Shown: positions 10,727-25,158, numbered from the stretch's first letter. The stretch: 64,000 bases of DNA from Hemiscyllium ocellatum (GCF_020745735.1 NC_083407.1:89023857-89087856), one strand, 5' to 3'. Numbers and translations: made by a program. Notes: generated by a model from the sequence alone, not told the origin.

Positions 10727-13700
10727 TTGTTAGACTCGAGGCAATTGTAAAGGGTAGATTTGTTGTAGTACAAGGCTGTAATTGTGGGAATATGAGTCAA
10801 CAGTACAGTTCACATCTGTCCCATGTGTTTATCGTTGGAATAATAATGGAAATGGAAATTTGGAGAGATTCAACGCAGTTTGTCAATATCATTCAATCTA
10901 AACCTGTGTGTTTCATGAGACATTCCATTGTGTGTCCTTGTTACAGACAACTACACTGGTTTTTAACGTTAATTTTTCCACGTAATCCTCAACAAATGGT
11001 CATAGAGATACAAAAGGCAATTGCATAAGATCTGCCACATGGCTGAAATATTAGTCAGCCTTCGTTTTAAGAAGATACTCAAAAGGTATAAAATTAGTGT
11101 CAGTTTGGCTTTGTGCAATATTGTAAAATATATCATAATGAATAATTTACGTCACTGCTTTTTATTGACTTCGATGCAAGTATAATTTGGAAGAAGTATT
11201 AAACAGATTTGTTATCAGTTCTATTATATTATTGCACAAAGAAAGATTCATCTTCACTGTCATTTGTTGAGTCAAAAAAGTTAGTGCAAATTGAATGATT
11301 TTCTAAGATGATTTATTTGGTATAACTCACTTCGAAAAAATAAACTGTTAATTTGAAATCTATCAAATGACTTGGAAATATAGTCGCTGTTTGTTTGGTG
11401 TTGCTCGGTCAAAATGTTAGAATTCCCTCCCTAACTGCACTATGGGTCGACCTACAGCTCATGGACTGCAATGCTTCAAGAAGACAGCTCACAAGGCCCA
11501 CATCCCAAGAATGAAAATGGAAACAGGACAAGAAAAAATATAGTGGAGAAGTTCACAAGTACATGATAGTTTTCCAATTTTCACCGTTGGTGAGTCGCTA
11601 AACTAGAAGATTAGTAGTTAGTAAGGAATTGCATTGAAATATGAACTAATGTCGAGTGGACAAATTGGACTGAAGAGTCTATATCTGCACTGTATAGCTC
11701 TATAACTCCACAAATGTCCTTCATCTAGAAAACCGGGCAAAGTTAGAGCATATATCTTTGACCGCACATTGTGCAACTTTTCCCTTTTTATCCAGTGACA
11801 AGAAGGGAAACTAATGGATGAGTAACCATTAGAGTTTCACCCTCTTCTAATCAGTTCACTGATTATGGGCTGAGCGAAAATATTCTCATCCCACCACCAG
11901 CTAAGGCTCTTATGCAGCCCATGAATGCTCACTTAAGAGTCCACTTTGCTACTTCTCTGATCACCCTGCCTCCTCAGCAGTTTCCCAACTGGGAAAGCAG
12001 GAAACTGCGAAGGTTGGTGCGAGTGCTCAAATTTCTCCAATCGTGGAGCAATCGGACTGGTAGATATGGAGGGCAAAGGATTGACCGCTAAAAGCCGCAT
12101 GTCTGCCTTTACCTCCAAAACCCTGACACCACCCCTTCCACTGCACACACCCTGAAAGAGGAGTATATAAATTCCATACCTCCGCACTGTTGGCTCCCCC
12201 AGGGAGGAGGCCTGAAGTGACGGACTTTAGAACCCCCAGTAGCTGCCAAATTCTGATTTGCTGACAGTGTTTGGCAGTGCCAAGTCCTGTGATTCTCTGA
12301 GAAGCTTGCCTAAACTCTTAATGAGCTGATTGAAGGTATTTTCTTGATGGTGGGTGTGACATATTGGTCACCACCTAACATCCTCACCCCATACTTCACA
12401 ACTGGGGAAATATTTGCCCACAGTTTTTAGAGCTTTGAATCCTTAACAACTGACTGACCCAATGGCAATGATAACATGATTGAACTGAACTAGAAGAAGA
12501 GTTTGAAAAGAAAGACTGATATGGATTGGGGAGTGGACAGGTGAATAGAAATAGATTTGATTGTATTCTTGTAAGAGCAGCAGCCAGCATCAAAAACAAA
12601 ATAGTTTATTTCTAGACAGTAACATTTATAATTCTATATACCAATCTCCAATCCACTAAGAATGTATAACTATTCAATTGCACATTCATCATTATGCTAT
12701 AAATGGCTTATGGCTAGATAAACCAGTAACACAGTGCAATGGGGATGCCTACACTGTCAGGTTACTGGGCACTGGAAAGTTAGAGACATCTAGATTAGCG
12801 ATAATGCTTAGCTGATGTAATAAACGAAATAAGGAATTGAGAATTTATCACTGCTTTTATAAGCTAATATTGAACAACATAGTTATATTTTCCAACATCA
12901 TTTGAAATCCCAAAAAAATCAAATACATCTAAGTTTATGTTGGCATTTTAGTTCCAATTTTGGCCAACTTTCTATATTATCAGCAGTTCACAATGTGTGT
13001 TTCAGAGTTCTGTTCCCTGTTCTCAAACACTGTTAACGCCCAGATACAAAGATTCAAGGTTTTCAAATTGACTGCAGTATTAGTGTTTTATTCAGATCTA
13101 CTGTAAATTACTGGTTAATGCATGCTTTTATTGTTCATAGTGAATATAATCAGCACTGGGAAATTAAAATGTTCCTGCTTTTTTCACATGAGGTCAGCAA
13201 CAAGCAATCCAAATTCAGAATATAGCATGTTAGATTTAGAGTAAAGCTCCCAGTGCAATATCCCTTCATGGTACCCTGGACCTAATGTTAGACAGACACC
13301 CTATCTTACATCAAGCATCAGTTTTTACATAGTTCACTTGGACTTGGTAAAAGTGACAGCCATTTAATAACCAAGTCCAAAATAGTGGGTTAGAGAAAAT
13401 AAACTATATTCTGGCTTTAAAACCAAATGGTACCCAGTCTGAGAGTGCTGATACTGACACTGTATGCCCAAAGTGAAAGGCTCATTCTGATATTTATTGC
13501 CTCATTGCAAAATTTGATGAAACTCTATCCTTTTAAAAATAATTTGCAGCAAAGGATCAAGCCATTCGGCCTAGCTGACCTATGCTGGTGTTTGCACCAT
13601 GAATGTTACCTCTTCTCACTATTTATCATTTTCCCTCCATCGTGAACCTATCTAGCATTTCCTGAAATCTACCTGTGCAATACTCTTCAATTATTCCCAG

Positions 13701-14005
13701 CAATAGTGAGGTTCAAATTCCAACCACTTGCCAGGGAATTTACATATCAAACATTACTGGATATAAACCTTATCAGCCTCGCAGTTTTTAAATCCATTAT
13801 AATTTTCTGAATACAGATAGTATTACATTTATGTTATACAGAGTGTAGATTTAATAAAGCAAAGTGATTGTACGCCAACACTGAACGTAAATTATTACTG
13901 TGCTTTCTTAAATCCACAGATGTCTGAGTTTACATCGAGTAACTAAAATGTCAGTGAATAATCTCCTGAAAACTCCGTCCTTTTCTCATTTAAACCCGTA
14001 CTTAC

Positions 14006-14248
14006 ATGACGAATGAGCCGGCATGATTTAATACTGTCACTGTATCCATTCCAGTGCTGATAGTCTGGATATTCTCCCCTGGTCAGAATATATTGATATC
14101 CAGTGAAATTTGCTTTCTCATAAAGCACCCAACAGCCTCGCTCCACTCGGATGGAGTTACATCGAGTAAAGAATGAGTGCAGATCTGAGCAGTCAGTGCT
14201 ACACTCATAGCACTGGCCCTGGAAGTTTTTGTCCTCATAAAAAATTAT
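14006..14248 (-). CDS. gamma-crystallin gene 1, exon 2 (N-terminal domain, Greek keys 1-2)
   Basis: CAG acceptor; 243 nt encoding [81 protein letters not shown]; GTAAG donor. Confidence 0.96.
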
Positions 14249-14341
14249 CTGTAGTGAGGAGAGGAAAGTTAGTTCAAAAAAACCTACAAGATGACAAAAG
14301 TAATCAATAGCTGCTCATTTCACAATTACTACCAGCCTTAC

Positions 14342-14350
14342 CTTTCCCAT
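14342..14350 (-). CDS. gamma-crystallin gene 1 (gammaS-like), coding exon 1 (MGK)
   Basis: Minus strand ATG GGA AAG followed by a GTAAGG donor; this is the 9-nt first coding exon typical of gamma-crystallins; TATATAAA about 65 nt upstream. Confidence 0.93.
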
Positions 14351-14404
14351 TTTGAATTTTCACCCAAAGGGCAGTTTTGATGGACAATGGCGCTGGGATG
14401 TGAA

Positions 14405-14530
14405 ATGTGAGGTTTATATATCTAACCAGATCATGCACTGTAATCTAATGCTTTGTTATTTTAATAACCTATATTTGCATATCAGCAAAATCTGGATGCG
14501 ATATCCTTTGTGAACAAAATGATTGTTCAG
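14405..14530 (-). promoter_or_regulatory. gene 1 proximal promoter: TATA, Sox-like and Maf half-site motifs
   Basis: TATATAAA 14413-14420; AATAACAAAG about 14451-14460; TTTTGCTGATATGC about 14477-14490; same order and spacing as genes 2-4. Confidence 0.7.
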
Positions 14531-15322
14531 TATTAAAGAAGTGCTGTCGTGTGTTGATTTGATTTCTGCACTCATGGTTGTGTAGCTTAACATAGGAATA
14601 AATGTTTAACACATAGATCTTTTACACTTAATGAATAGTTTATTCATGCATTTGTTTGTAAAGAACATTATTAATCAATAATGCGATTGATTCCATGAAA
14701 AATTTGTTACAACAGAATAAGTTCTGACCCTTCCTATGCCACCCATACATGTCATCTCGAATGTCTTTAATAATAAGAATTCATTCAGAAATCCATCAGA
14801 AAAGCTGAACTCTGAATGTTCCAGGCAAAAGCTTCCATCTATTAAGAAGCAGAGCTTCTGGCAACTCATCCACATTCTGCCACACTGATATGAGTTGGAT
14901 TGCGTCTTCTGAATGTACATAAACATATTTATAACTTTGATTTTAAGATGGATAGGGTTGAGCAGGGAATGTTCATACAGATTACTTTAACTTCTGAAGC
15001 ACCTAGGTACTGCTTAGCTAAACAGGCTGAACCACTGGAAGAATCAAACTGTTGTATTTGAACAAGTTGTACAGTGAATAGTACTGTCTCCAGCTGGTTT
15101 TGTTTCTCTCCCCACATTTACCAAATTGAGCTTCAAAGTTATTGTTTTTTCACTTACTTCTTTCTTCTCAAGAAGTTGCATTCCTAACAAGGACATTGAA
15201 AATTCATCACTTATGCTCATACTTTAGAACATATCTACCCAGTTTTATGAGAACAACTCTTGGACTGGCAATGCAATATGGTAGTTCAAGCAGCAACGCA
15301 CCCCACTTTTATCTAGTTCTTC

Positions 15323-15624
15323 TGGTTAGCACTGCTGCCAGGGACCTGGCTTCTGTTCTACACTCAGGCAATTCTGTGTGAAGTTTGCACATTCTCCCCA
15401 TGTCTGCGTGGGTTTCCTTCAGGTGCTTCGGTTTCCTCCCACTGTTCAAAAATGTGCAGGATAGGTGGACTGGTTGTGCTAAAGTGTCCAGGGATGTGAA
15501 GGCTAGATGGATTAGCCATGGAAAATGCAGGGTTACAGGAATAAGGCAGGGGGGTAGGTCTGGATTGATGCACTTCAGAGGGTTGGTATGGACTTGATGG
15601 GACAATTGGCTTACTTCCACACTA
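15323..15624 (+). mobile_element. HE1-type tRNA-derived V-SINE (decayed)
   Basis: GGTTAGCACTGCTGCC...TGTGTGAAGTTTGCACATTCTCCCC V-domain. Confidence 0.8.
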
Positions 15625-16459
15625 TAATTCAATGAATTTAATCCTGCTGACACTGAAACTTTATCGTGTCTACTTTCAGTTACCTTCCATTATCTTTGTC
15701 AAGTAGTTTTAGACATTTGCATTGTTTCCTTAGCACAGGATGATTTTCAGAGTACAGAAGACCATGACTGCAGAAGTGCTGTCTAAATAACATCTTACTA
15801 CCCTTATTAGATGTCAGGAGGCAAGCCAGTGGAAAATGCTCAGCTCTGAAAGCATGGAAATGGCCTCTGCATATCTGGATTCCTTTAAAAGTTTGGCTCA
15901 ATTTTATGGAGGATGCTCAACACTCAATGAAGACAGCATGTAGACAAAATTAAAGGGCCTAAAATTCTGGTTTGGATAAAAGTGTATCCACTGAAGATCT
16001 CACTGTGGGAAATTTGATGATATCATTCCTAAATTGCATTCCTCCTTTTGTTTTGAAACTCTAGCCATTTTCTTTTGAGAGTTGGAGATTCGTGTCTGAT
16101 TTTCTGCACTGTTATATGTCACAAATATGTATGCTAAGAGAAAATCCATTTCCAAAATCTTTTGTGCCTTTTCCTTAATTATTTGTACAATGTTGCAGGT
16201 AATAGGATTGCCTGAAGGTGTGAAACCTATTTCACATTCACATTTATGTTTCACTGACTGAAGGTAATAGCGAAATAGATATTGTACAAAGATCAATTAT
16301 TCGTGTATATTTTCCTCCCTTAAAACTTATCTTATTATATCAGAAATTTGTTGATACAGTTTAAATGAAGACAATGTCAAACTTTCCTTTATTTGCATTT
16401 TCATATTTAGTGCCATGAATGAACATCTTCAACAAGAAAGAGTCTAACTACTTCTTCTT

Positions 16460-17450
16460 GCCATTCAATGCTATTACCACTGCTGAAGACATCACTATCA
16501 AAATCTTGGGATTACCATTAATCAGAGACTGAACTGGATCAGCCATACTGTGGTTACCCGCTCAGTTAAGAGGCTCAGAATTCTGTGGTGAGTAACTCAA
16601 GTGTTGTCTGCCCAAAGCCAGTCCACCAGGCACAAGTCAGGAGCAAAATGGAATACACCCCACTTGCTTGGAAGGGTGCAGCCCGAATAACATTTAGGAA
16701 GCTCATCACATTCCAGGACAAAGCAGCCTGCTTGATTGACACTCCATTATCACTATCAGCATTCACTCCCTCACCACTAACGCACAGTTGGAGCAGTGTG
16801 CCATCTATAGGATGCACTGAAGTAACTCAAACAGTCGGCTCAAGTAGCATTTTCCAAATCTTTGACATCCATAATCTAGAAAGACAAGGGCAGCAGATGC
16901 ATGGAGGGAGCAACACTTGCAAATTACCCTCTGCACAGTGGCTCAGTGGTTAGCACTGCTACCTCATAGCACCAGGGTCCCAGGTTCAATATCAGTCTTG
17001 GGTGACTGTCTGTGTGGAGTTTGCACATTCTCCCCGTGTTTGCGTGGGTTTCCTCCAGGTGCTCCAGTTTCCTCCCACAATCCAAAGATGTGCAGGTCAG
17101 GTGAATTGGCCATGCTGAATTGCCCATAGTGTTAGGTGTTTTAGTCAGAGGGAAAATTGATCTGGGTGGGTTTCTCTTCGGAGGGTCGGTGTGGACTTGT
17201 TGGGCCGAAGGGCTTGTTTCAACACAGTAGGTAATCTAATCTAATCTAATCAAAGCCACACACCATCCAGTTATGGGACAATGTCATTGTTCTTTCACTG
17301 TTGTTGGATCATAATTCTGGAATCAACTTTGTAACAGCACTTTGGGTGTACGTATCCTCACTGACTTCAACATGTGCCTTTACCAGGACAATTGGGCATA
17401 GGAAATGAATACTGGTGTAGCCAGTGCCATCCACATTCCATGAACAAATG
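16460..17450 (+). mobile_element. LINE (CR1/L2 group) 3' fragment
   Basis: AQVRSKMEYTPLAW RT C-terminal motif and family tail. Confidence 0.7.
16933..17250 (+). mobile_element. HE1-type V-SINE inserted into a LINE tail
   Basis: A/B boxes, V-domain, (CTAAT)n tail. Confidence 0.88.
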
Positions 17451-20400
17451 AAAGAAATGCTCAAATATAATCACATTACTAATTGAAGTGGATACTCTGG
17501 ATGAATGTGTGAGAAAAGTCTAAAGTAGCAAATCTTGCTCAGGGATCCCTTCTTTAAGAATAAATGCCAACAAATAAAAAAGTTAATGTGAAAAAAAAGT
17601 AAAATGTTGTTTAGTTTACATTTTAGCTTCTCGTATTGATTTCTTTTAAAATTGCAGTGGCCACTTTGGATCTCATTTCAAAACTGAGATCAATTGAGTG
17701 TTAAATAAATACAAAATACCTTGCACATCTGGCAAGTTTACAGACTCATTCTTAACAAGGTACACCCATCAGTTTTGAAAAGGTCAACTTGCCATCTCTA
17801 TGCATAACCATCTCGTGTTTTAGTTGATTACAAGTTCAATCAGAAATGCTTTTCTCGCATCTAGATAATTTATTCAGTCTGTGAACTGAACCCTGTTTGC
17901 CAGCAGTCCACGATTGTGCTTCTGTGCTGATGTACAAAGCTTACACTTAATGCATGAAAAATTTTGGCAAACATTCCAGCTGTGACCAGCAACATTTCAT
18001 TCTGCTTCATTCCACTTTTTTGTAGTCAGTATAAAGACTGATGGTGAACAATGTTATGGCTATAATCTAATATATGACAAAACCAAAAACAGAACACTCG
18101 AACTTTCATTTATCTTTGTGATATTGTTATTAATGATATCATACAAACTAAAATGCAGAGCATTGAGATGAGCGTGCATGCTTTAATAATGGAACTATGT
18201 ACATTTTGGATTCTTGTGCACACGAGCAATATATAAAAGCAAAATACCACAGACACTGAGTGTCTGAAATAGAAACAGAACAAACACAAGCTTGGGGAGA
18301 TGGAGGACGGGGTGGGGATGGTGTGGGTAACATGGAGCTCGCACTCCTGGTGGGAAGCACCAGTTGGCTGGGCATGATCCATTCTGGGCACAATGGCAGA
18401 ACAGAAGTGCCAAATTGGAATGCAGTGGGCCAAAGGTGAGTTCAGGGAGGACTGAAACCTCCTGTGGTGAAAACGATGACTCATACATCTCCTCCATCCC
18501 ATCCCACACACTGCATAGAACCAACTGAACCTTATAGCGACACTAGAATGTGTAAAAATGATTTTTAAACTGTCATTTTCTCATTACTTTCTGCTATGTT
18601 AAAAAAAGTCTTTTTTGTGCAGGGCCAATACAAGTGTCAATCATCCACATCCTTTAAAATATCAAAAAAATAGAAACTACAGAGTCCTGAAACTGCAGAA
18701 TCTTGCTTACACAAGAATGTGCCATTGACAGCAGAGACCGGAACACTAAAGTAGTCAATCAACCAATGAGAATCAGTTGTTTCGACAGTCTAGTGGTTAC
18801 CTGGATTTTTAGTTCAGCCTCATTATGCACTTTGTTGAGACATCTGAACCCCATTGTAATACTTCGAGAGACACTTTAAAATAAAGTTCCTATACTCAAT
18901 TTTCTGAGCCTAATTGAATGAATTTCCCTAATAAGGCACTTCCCCAGTTAAGCCTTGGTCTTTAACATCCACATGTCTTCTTTCTTTGAATGGGAATCCC
19001 ATCCTCACCACCATTGTGCTAGATATTTTCTTCTGCCTGCCCTAGCAGCATTTTTTGGAGGTCTTTTTCCCCAGTCTCTTAGCCTGACTGACTGAGAATC
19101 TGTAAGTCTCTACCCAGCAAAAGTCAGCTGCCTCCTCCTGCGTTCTAAGGTGTTAAAATTTGCACCTAACATTCAATAAGACTTGATTTGAATTTCTGTC
19201 CTCGTAACTAACAGGTTACACGGGTTTGTCTCTGCACTGATTTAGTATGACCTCACGTGCTTGCCTTCAGGTAGATTTCACTGGAAGTCACATATTACAC
19301 TCCAAACTGCTCCATTTCAACTTGAATGAAAGGAGACAGTTTGAAGCATAACCATTTTGTAAAGTCCAGCATTTAGAACAGATAATACTCTAAAAAAATG
19401 TTAAAATATCCTTCCCTTAAACAGCATTTCTCAACTCAGAGTGATGCCCATGTGATTCCATTACCAGGGAAGAGGAACTCACATACAAACTCATTGACGC
19501 ATGATGACCTTTGACCCAGACAGCTGGAAATGTTCATACCTCAATATGTTTGGCAAATTTGTTTTTGTAATTGTTTTCGTAAGTGTCTGAAGAGTTTGAA
19601 CCAATTCTAAAGATATAAATGATAAGTTCCAAGTAATAGGAACACATAGACCCAAATCTTCTGAAGAGACTCCCCTTACATTGCTGAAGTCCCCAGAACT
19701 CCGAGGATACCCTGACATCCATCATTCCTCTGCACTTTGATACGATGTTTGACCTTATTTGATTGCTGATTTAACCTTGCCTGGCCAGCTCTGTGATTCC
19801 TATAGCAGTAACCTTGAATGGACAGGACCAAGCTCAACTTGGGCTGTTTGCATTGTACCGCATTTGTTTTTTATAAGGAATTAATTCACGATTTTCAGAG
19901 CACATATAAGGCCAGTGAAATTCAAAGCAAATTAACAACAAAGTTTCAAAAGACTCCAGTACCCACTGGAGTGTATAGGGCCAATGCAGGTAATGTTCAC
20001 CCGACTCCTGCATCAAATAGAGCTCACCCCAGACCCCGCACCATCAACAGTGCTCACTCCACACCTGCACGCACTTGCCCACATACTTTCTGGAAACCCT
20101 GTCCAGCTGTTGGTAAGATCCAGCATTGTGAGGAAGTCAAGGGGGGAAAGGAATTGAGCATTTTTGTCTTTTTGTGGGATGGGGATGAGTAGGATTAGGC
20201 AAGGGACATGAACTGCGTCAAGGGTCAGGGGTTGAAGGGAGAGGAGCATTTGCAGATTGTTAAGGGATGAAGACAATGGGGATTCTTAAGGCATGTTGGG
20301 ATGAACATTGTTGAGGTGAGGGAGCAGAAGGTCTCGGGGTTGAAGGAGGGGATGAACACTCCTGTGGGGTAAGAGGTGCGAAAATTCTCAGGGATGGTGC

Positions 20401-21144
20401 AATTGATCATTTGGGTGATAACAGCAAGGATTGGTCACTGTCAGCAGTAGAAGGAGGGGGTGAAGTCTCATGAAGAATGAAAGGGGATGAGCATTGTCAG
20501 GGTGAGGGAGTTGGTCAATTGTTGTGTCTGCAGTAGGGTAAACACTCTCTGGAAAGTGAGATTGGGAGAATGAACATTTTCATGGAAGTGAAGGTGTGTT
20601 ACTTCTGCCAGCAGGGGTGAAGGGAGCTAAACACTGTTGTGGACTGTAGGAGGAGTGTCAATGCTACTGAGGGGTGGAGGTGTGGAGGTCTGGAGGGGTG
20701 GTGAGTTGAGCACTCTTGGGGCTAACTGACGAGGAGACGCAGAGTCAGGAGTAGGGAGAATACTGTTAGATGTGTAAGAGCTAAGCAGTGTTATCGAGGT
20801 AGTGTGCATTTTTGGAGGTGGTCACCTTGCCTTCCAACTCTGTTCATTCCCCCATGCCTGTTGTAGTTGGCTTTGGAAGTTTCAATGTGAAGTGGTAATT
20901 GGGCAGATTAAATTGGATACACTTTCTCTGACATTGGACTGTCTTTATTCATAGAATCATATACACCCTGTAGGAAGCAGGCCATTCATCCTATCAAGTC
21001 TGCACTACCCTTCTTGGGAGCATCCCACCTGTACCCACTCTATCCCCAAAGTTCAGGACAAGTTTTACTTGATACTGCCTCTAAATGGGGACTAAATGCA
21101 GGAGAACAGAGAAAAGAAATTGTGATATACAAAATAGTTTGGAA

Positions 21145-21452
21145 TCATAGAATCCCTACAAAATAAAAGCAAGCCCTCCAAAGAGCATCCCACACAGATC
21201 CACCCCTCTACCTTATCACCCTGTATTTTCCATGACGAATCCACCTAGCCTGTACTTCCCTGGACACTATAGACAGTTTAGCACAGCCAATCCCCTAACC
21301 TGCGTATCTTTGGACTGTGGGAGGAAACCAGAGCAAATCCATGTAAACACAGGAAGATCATACAAAGTCTACACCAACAGTTGCTCAAGGGTGGAATTGA
21401 GCCTGGATCCCTGGTTCTGTGAGACAGCAGAGCTAACCACTGGGCCCCTGTG
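21145..21452 (-). mobile_element. HE1-type V-SINE (decayed)
   Basis: TTTGGACTGTGGGAGGAAACC...GCTAACCACTG. Confidence 0.75.
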
Positions 21453-24287
21453 TTGAACATTCATGATAATGTTCTTTATTATCTATGTACACTGAATAAC
21501 TTACAAATGATTGGGCGTGCATTCTTTTCTGATAAGGGGAATTTGAGGCAAAATACCTATGAACATGGTGGTTTGCCATCCAGATATGACCTCTGATGCC
21601 ATATTATGGAAATAAAGTTTTATGCAATAGCTATTTTCACGCAGTGTTAAAAAGTAAGGACCTCACCTAATTTTAATTTTATTTAGTTCAGGCTATCTTT
21701 GCCAAATTCTGCCAGACACTCTACCCTCAGGGATGAAGAGCACATAAAAATAACAAGGTGTGATATGACCCTCCAGTTCCTGACCTGTTTCTGGCTCCAA
21801 TGTAATGATCTCAGTTGATAGTAATGTGAACAAGACAGATTCCAGAGTGATAGGGTTTGATCTCAGGGTTTGATAGATCTTAAGTTCTTTTTGCAGCTGG
21901 TAACTGTGGTTGTTATTTACTGAACATGTGCACAAGTCTTCTCTAATGAAAGAACACAAAATTATCACACAAAAGGAGAAACAAAGCAAACCTTGCCAGA
22001 TAATTATATGACAATTTGGAAAGATCTGAGCATAAGTAGCAAAGTTTCAGCCTAATTCCAAACACTCCCTTTATAGATATTTAATCCTAGGGAAATAACT
22101 CTTTAATTGCTGAGTTAACTGACTCTTCCCAATTATCCTCCTTGAGTTGCTGATACAGTTTTATGACTTCTTTCCAAGCCTGCTGCCTGAACCTTTTTCA
22201 ATTCTACCCAGTCGAAAACTTTATTACGAATGCATGAAGTTTGCCAACTTCATAAACTGACATCCTTCTACTGAGGTGATTGATGCTCCTGAACTGAAAA
22301 TTTGATTCTGTGGCTATGAGAAACCTGTTCTTCTTTTTGAGCTAGACTCCCGATTCTTTAGCGTGATGGTTAAACTAATGGCCTCCGATCTGTTTCCTCT
22401 GCCTACCATAGAGACAGCAGTAAAACATCCCATCCACTAACATCATTGGTGTCCCGCTAAATATTTAACTGCTGTTTTGGTATTTATGGGTCAAAGTTAC
22501 TGTTCCAAGTTATTTACTGGCCTTTTTTGAAGAAAAAAGCAGTGATCATTACAAATCTGAAACTACTATTTCAAAATCAAAAATTCAAAATTCAAAAATG
22601 ATAAAATTTTGCACGTTTGTCGCATCATTAATACCCTGTTTTGGAACGCGAATTGGATATAAAAATCACCTTCATAATATCCTAATAACTCTGTATGAAG
22701 CAGAAACTCTTTTTGGTAATACCCTTAAAACTTTGCCCTTAATTTAGCTATTTGCTGGTCACAAGTTTCACAGCTTTACCTCATCAAACTTTTCATTTTT
22801 TTGAAGATTTTTATTGAAGTAGAATAAACTAAGCACTAGTGACACCTTGTGGATGAATGAAGACAAACTGGAACAGGGAAGAGATGTCCAGAACCTCCAA
22901 AATACCGGACAGTGACCTGATTTCTTTTCAAGTGTTGCAAACACCAGCTGGGAGCTTGGGGTAATTGAATCCCTTCTAGTTCTGGTATAAGGAAGAGTAT
23001 ACAGCATCTAGCATGTGCGATAAAAAAAACAATGTGAATGCAATCAATAAATAAAGCAGCCTGCAGTCATTACCAAGCCACCTGCTTCCTTTTCTGCAGC
23101 ATGAGGTTTGTGATAGATGAGACTTACTTAGCTCTCTTTGAATCAAAAGTCTCAGTGCAATAGTGGGTGGCAAGCTATAAGAAGGTACAAATATCTCCAG
23201 CTACAGCCTGCGAAACATAAGTATATATAGTCACCGACACCTTCATAGGCAATGTTATCCTTTCCCAAGTGTGGGCTTGCGGTTATAGATGCAGCAGTTG
23301 GCAGATTTCAAGCAGAAGTCCTGAGTGAAGCATCGACATCTAACAAATTGTCCTTTGCTAGGTTTTGGGTCGGAGAATTGTCCTTTGAATACTCTGGGTT
23401 CGTATAGACCCTTGTTGAGAATCTTGCTGTCACTCCTCCTCCTCCCTCTTCTAGCCTTTTGTTCTGCTCCATGGGCTCTCTACTTATTCTGCCAAGGAGA
23501 ATGCCAAAGAGTTGAACCCAAGTTTGGGAATAAGTGAAAGCAAAAAAAAAGTGGATGCAGGAAATGGTTTGTGCAGCAGTCCTTAGGTCGGTAGAAAATC
23601 TGACAACACTTGCAGCATAACTCATTGTAGGTGTTGAATCTGGAAATAACTAGGACATCACCAAATATTTTTTTAGAATTGCAGCCAGAAAATAATAACC
23701 AATGGTGAATGATACCTTTCTGTTATTTAATCTCGTGTTCTACTGAGAATAAGAGAAGATGTTGATAGAACTTTGAGCTCTGAAATGACACTACTAGCAT
23801 CAAATTTGGGTCACATTTTAATAAAACATTAGGATCGGCCTGCATTGCATATAGATTTTTAAAAGAGTTTAGCTGCACACATGCAATGCTTTCAGCAAGG
23901 TGTTTTCAAGTGTAGTCCATTGCAAAAGAGTATAAGTGGCATCAAGAAAGTATAAGATTCTGTTATAATGACTATTTAATATCTGACTAATAATATCTTA
24001 ATTTATGATCTGACAATGTATTTATGGGGTCCTTTCATGATAAGCTCATGGTACTTTAACTAAACATGATCAATAAACCATCTATCTGAATAGCTGGTTG
24101 AATGAATAGTTGCTGGCTTGAAAAAAAAGATATGGTGCACAATCTTATGTTGCTATGTATTTTCTCATTTTCAATGTGATAGGGAATTTATTTCTCAAAA
24201 ATTATCCTAGTTTCATGATCATAGCATGTCTAGAATAGCAGAGGCATACAAATGCAATCCAAGAAAATCAGTTCTGATGCTAGCACT

Positions 24288-24293
24288 TTTATT
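24288..24293 (-). terminator. polyadenylation signal, gene 2
   Basis: AATAAA about 50 nt after the stop; context conserved in genes 3 and 4. Confidence 0.8.
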
Positions 24294-24341
24294 ATGTTTC
24301 AGAATATATCACCATGACAAAATGTAGCTCTCAACAAGGAA

Positions 24342-24617
24342 TTAGAAATCCCTCATGCGCCTGAAAGATCCAATAGTTGAGCTGTAGCCTCCCCAGTCAC
24401 TGTATCTCCTGTATTCACCAGGTCTCATGAAGTACTGTCGCCCTCTGTAGTTGGGATGTTCATAGAAGATCCAGTAACCGTCCATCACCTGGCAGGAGTG
24501 GATGTCACGGTAACGGAAACGATCGTAGACAGATGGACAGTCATCCATGAATTCCATCATCTGTCCTCCAAAGTCAGGCCTCTCATAAACCCTTATTCTG
24601 TAGGAGCCTCCCCTGTA
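24342..24617 (-). CDS. gamma-crystallin gene 2, exon 3
   Basis: TTGCAG acceptor; 276 nt [23 protein letters not shown]...RRMRDF then TAA. Confidence 0.96.
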   Translation of the reverse strand, partial: YRGGSYRIRVYERPDFGGQMMEFMDDCPSVYDRFRYRDIHSCQVMDGYWIFYEHPNYRGRQYFMRPGEYRRYSDWGGYSSTIGSFRRMRDF

Positions 24618-25158
24618 CTGCAATGTAAAATATAGAAGTTATATGAAATTACAATAAATATATCTGGGTATATATTGAGTAAGATTCCAAGATGGAGTAC
24701 TTTACCTGGCATGTACCAATGATTTTGACTTTGACGTACAGGGCGCAAATTCAAAATTGGCAGATTATTCAAAACATGGAAGAATAATGAACTGGGAGGA
24801 GGTCAGCATAGACTTTAAAAGGATATAGACAGTCTAGTGTAATGTGTGGACATGTGTCATGCAACACTTAAAACAACCAGTTGATATACTTTGGTAGGGA
24901 GAATGAAGGAAACCAATAAACATTAAAAGATGTAATTTTAGAGCTGAGTGCAGAAACTGGGAATCTTAGGAGCATACATGCAGAAATTGTGGGAGCAGCG
25001 AAGTTTGAAAAATGCATGTAGAACTCTGGACTTTATAAATGGAATATAAAGGCAAGGAAGTTGAGATGAAGTTTTATCAAACATTGGCTTGTCCTCAACT
25101 ACTCAGCCGGAGCTTTGGGCAGAATTTTTCAATCACATGTATGGCTCAACATCACCTG

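Noticed and set aside
16933-17010. tRNA-like A/B boxes here and in other SINE heads
   Set aside because: SINE heads, not tRNA genes; no full cloverleaf.
18110-18524. Three overlapping minus-strand ORFs in a GC-richer patch between genes 1 and 2
   Set aside because: No crystallin or other recognisable motif and no supportable exon structure; could be an unrecognised repeat or non-coding exon, but I cannot support a call.
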